A DNA stretch of 63,463 nucleotides, the filler included, from Asterionella formosa (taxonomy: Eukaryota), in the NCBI GenBank assembly GCA_002256025.1. It is 7 parts of 7 records of this genome, joined end to end, with 100 filler letters (N's around TTAATTAATTAA, not from the genome) between each part and the next. Parts side by side here need not be neighbours in the genome. Positions count along the whole stretch, not along the records: positions 54,490 to 63,463 come from NKIB01011358.1; 6 more parts are not named here. The stretch is one strand, 5' to 3'. The first letter of the stretch is position 1. Each line of letters opens with the position of its first letter. A program made the position numbers and the translations under genes. The notes beneath the pieces are model-generated. The model ran no database searches, had not been told where the DNA came from, and saw only the letters and a list, made by a program, of their open reading frames with translations. Shown in pieces: positions 60,571 through 63,463 of the stretch.

Positions 60571-60725
60571 CAGGATATAGGATCTGGCAAGAAACTGCAG
60601 AAAGGAACTTGGTTTTTTTAAACTATGCTATGAAGACCAGAAATTTCGGGGGAAATCACTTTATTTGGGCATAGTAAAAAAACCGAAGTTCCTTTCTGCA
60701 GCTTCTTGCCAGAAGTTATATACTG
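60571..60725. mobile_element. 155-bp foldback MITE with ~50-bp TIRs
   Basis: CTGGCAAGAAACTGCAGAAAGGAACTTGGTTTTTTT vs AAAAAAACCGAAGTTCCTTTCTGCAGCTTCTTGCCAG; outer ends CAG...CTG. Confidence 0.7.
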
Positions 60726-61269
60726 ATGCTATTTGAAGATTACCTATGTATCTAAATCGGCTTCAGACCCAGCCAACGTTGGGCTATCGTTGTCCAAAAA
60801 TTCGACAAAATCGGCCTTTTCTACGGTCTCCGAATGATCGGAATCAGAATCACTTAGCGCCGAAACATCATCATTGGAATGGTAGTCTTGGCTGTGATGC
60901 AATATTAAGTCGTAAAATTTCCAGTACCAAAAATCCATTGTAAGTGCGCGCAGTATTATATATGTACTGATTGGTCATGGCGAAATACTCGACTCCGTTT
61001 GATTGTGAGAGGAATTGCAAACCCACACCGGCCACATTGGATACACATGTAACATTTCTTTGGGTTCACTGGTAGGCCGGTACTATATCCAGTGCGGGCA
61101 CCAGCATATGATCATCATTGGACATCCTAGGTGTTGTGGTACCTGGTACCACTCATTGATTGCACTTTCAAATATTTGCTGGAGCCGCCGGGTCGTATAA
61201 AAAATACTTAACTGATAATCTGATGAGAAAATAGGAGCTAACTCTTTGGTTCAGCAAGATTTCGTCAAC

Positions 61270-62690
61270 CAGTCGTCATTGGTGTGGTATCATCGCCGAA
61301 ATATGATACAAAAATGGCGGTTTGGTTTTTTTTGTATCACCAACGGTTTTTTTGGTCTGATCACCGGTGTATCATGGGTGTATCACTGATACAGTTTTTG
61401 GACCCTGACCAATGCTGTATCAGTGATACAAATGTTGATCACTGTGTATCATCATGTCCATTGGCACTGATAAACTAACTGTAAATACGCAAGCACAACA
61501 CTATTAAATATTGCGCCAACTATTTTTTGTTATATATACAGTACTCTGTATACACTACCTGCTTTCAGCTTTGTCAGTCAAACAAGAATCAGTAGTCTGC
61601 TCATCTCTATACCTGTCTTCCAACATTAACTATATCCGATTAATTGGCACAATGAGCAGCAAAGTAGTGTATACAGCTGAAACTTCTGATGCTGCCGATA
61701 TTCCCATTTCGGAAAAGAATCAATGCCTTGTAGCTGATGAGGACGTCGAAGATATTGTTGAGTTTTCAACTGCTGCTCCAACTGACATTGACGAGATGGG
61801 TCCACCTGAAAAGAAAATACCTCCAACTGCTGGTACACTTGACTTTGACGAGATAGATCCATCTGAAAATGAAATACCTACAACTGCTGGTACACTTCTT
61901 TACATTGACGAGATGGATCCATCTGAAAATAAAATACCTGCAACGACTACTGGTACATTTCTTGACATCGACAAGATGAATCCATCTGAAAATAAAATAC
62001 CTGCAACGACTGCTGGTATACTTCTTGACATTGACGAGATGGGTCCCCCTTAAAAGAGGAAACCCTTTCCCGGTTGTCTAGCCAATGTTGATGAGTTCGT
62101 CAACTCGCTCATAGTATCAGATGACTTTGTTCTGGATGAAAGTGCCGGCTGGGATTGATTCATATAAAAGGTAATTGACATAAACATATATCTGCCTGTC
62201 AAGGTACTTCGAAAAATTTGCGTAAGAATTCAAGTGTCAGGGTACAGGAATGGCAAGAAGGACTTCAATATTTCCTTAATTATCCGTTTACTAAAAAGAG
62301 ACTGGCTGGTTGGTCAACTATACCCCCCTTCTACTATGATCATTTATAATGAAGTGATTGGCATCCATAACAGCAACAGCAATAATGATGAATCTATTAT
62401 TGAAGATGAAGAAAAGAGTTGTGTCAATGTTGATATGGACTTCTGATTGTTCACAGAAAGGGAAGCTAGATAAAAGGACAAAGACCCTGACTATGTTCTT
62501 AATTCGCAAAATAGCAGTGATGACAATGACAAGTCATTGCCTCTTCCTCCTCCTGTTGCAAAGAAGGCAACAAAAAAGAAAAAGGCTAACAGTAGCAAAA
62601 TCAAATCTTCCAAGCAGTGTCACTTGTGCTAACACATATTTTCGTGTCATCAATGTGTACATGTGTGAGCAACACAGAAGTGACATCTAA
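61270..62690 (+). mobile_element. Repeat copy B (homologous to 4382-5678), ORF broken by a stop and frameshifts
   Basis: High identity to the reverse complement of copy A. It has five ~60-bp DEMxP repeats versus three in copy A. Confidence 0.8.
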
Positions 62691-62734
62691 GACGCCGTTT
62701 ACGGCACTTTTTCGAATTTATGTCTAAAGTGACG

Positions 62735-62815
62735 TATTTATGCTACTTTTTTAAAATATTATGTTACTTTTCTAAAATATTATGTTACTTTTTTGAAATA
62801 TTATGCTACTTTTTC
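62735..62815. repeat. 22-bp tandem repeat (AAATATTATGTTACTTTTT..), about 4 units
   Basis: ATG(C/T)TACTTTT recurs at a ~22-nt period. Confidence 0.8.
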
Positions 62816-63463
62816 CCTAATTTATTCGGGTTAATCAAAAATTTATTTTACTTATCGAATAATTATGTGATCACACCAATAATTATGTGTGTTCGTGACA
62901 ATATATGTTGACTAACTAGCCATCGCAACAGTATAAAAGCGAAATTATGCTGCTCCGCCGCAATATTATGCTGCTTTCACCATTTAATGAACGAAAGAGT
63001 CGCCAATTCCGATACACTTATTATTTTTTCCGCTCCGACATATCACTTTGATCTGAACTGGCAAAGAATAACACATGCAAGAGGAAGATTCACACTGTAG
63101 AATTCAGCACACGTAGTAGTAGTAGTTGATGTTGTAGACACATTGTTTAGTCATTGTTGATTGTAGAGATTACAATAGCCTGCCAGATTAGGAATAAAGC
63201 ACCGTTGGTACTCGTTGAGCATCGTTTAGCATTGCATGTCTCCGTAGTGAATCGAAATTGAGATGTGCCGCAATGGCCTTCTCCGTTTCGGAGCAGCTAC
63301 AAATAGTCTACAGCAATAAGTCGAGCAAGTACAATATAGAAAAAGAAGGAAAGGATGCTGAGTAGCTGACAATAAGGAATTGAATCCGTTATTTCGTTAA
63401 GAAACAGCTGTTGCATATATTATCCTTGCATATCGCCGTAGTGAGTCAAAATTGAGATGTGCC

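Noticed and set aside
4382..62690. Giant inverted repeats that seem to bracket the window (4.4-5.7 kb vs 61.3-62.7 kb; 10.3/17 kb vs 52-53 kb), suggesting one huge TIR element
   Set aside because: The copies lie on different contigs joined by artificial linkers, so their relative orientation and distance are arbitrary.

Overview
Eukaryotic nuclear DNA, most likely from a diatom. This is inferred from short GT-AG introns, bipartite plastid presequences with AF(A)P-type motifs, a CoDi-type Copia gag and an FTR1 permease. The window is not one locus. It is seven unrelated ~8.98-kb contigs joined by artificial N-TTAATTAATTAA-N linkers, so adjacency and orientation across linkers mean nothing. Recognisable genes: NDOR1/Tah18, a HAD phosphatase, DUF1517/FLAP1-like (truncated), a PT-repeat membrane protein, a LYR protein, UAP1, a signal-peptide-bearing proteasome beta6 (truncated), FTR1, a TMX-type thioredoxin, plastid LysA, an MDR-like protein, a PCD-like protein, an SGNH-like protein (frameshifted), PSAT-like and LPAAT acyltransferases, and tRNA-Thr(UGU). 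Mobile DNA is abundant: a decayed Plavaka-like transposon, a mariner relic, several MITE families, a solo LTR and a 1.8-kb gag-only Copia element. Three observations stand out: (i) a 149-nt rod hairpin that folds fully only on the minus strand and carries regularly spaced CGAG/CGAG tandem G-A motifs; (ii) a gag-only Copia element whose primer-binding position is a perfect 16-nt complement of its own LTR (self-priming); (iii) (TA-CCWGG)n arrays that match the TA target plus termini of a local MITE family. All calls were made by eye without database searches, and repeat boundaries are approximate.
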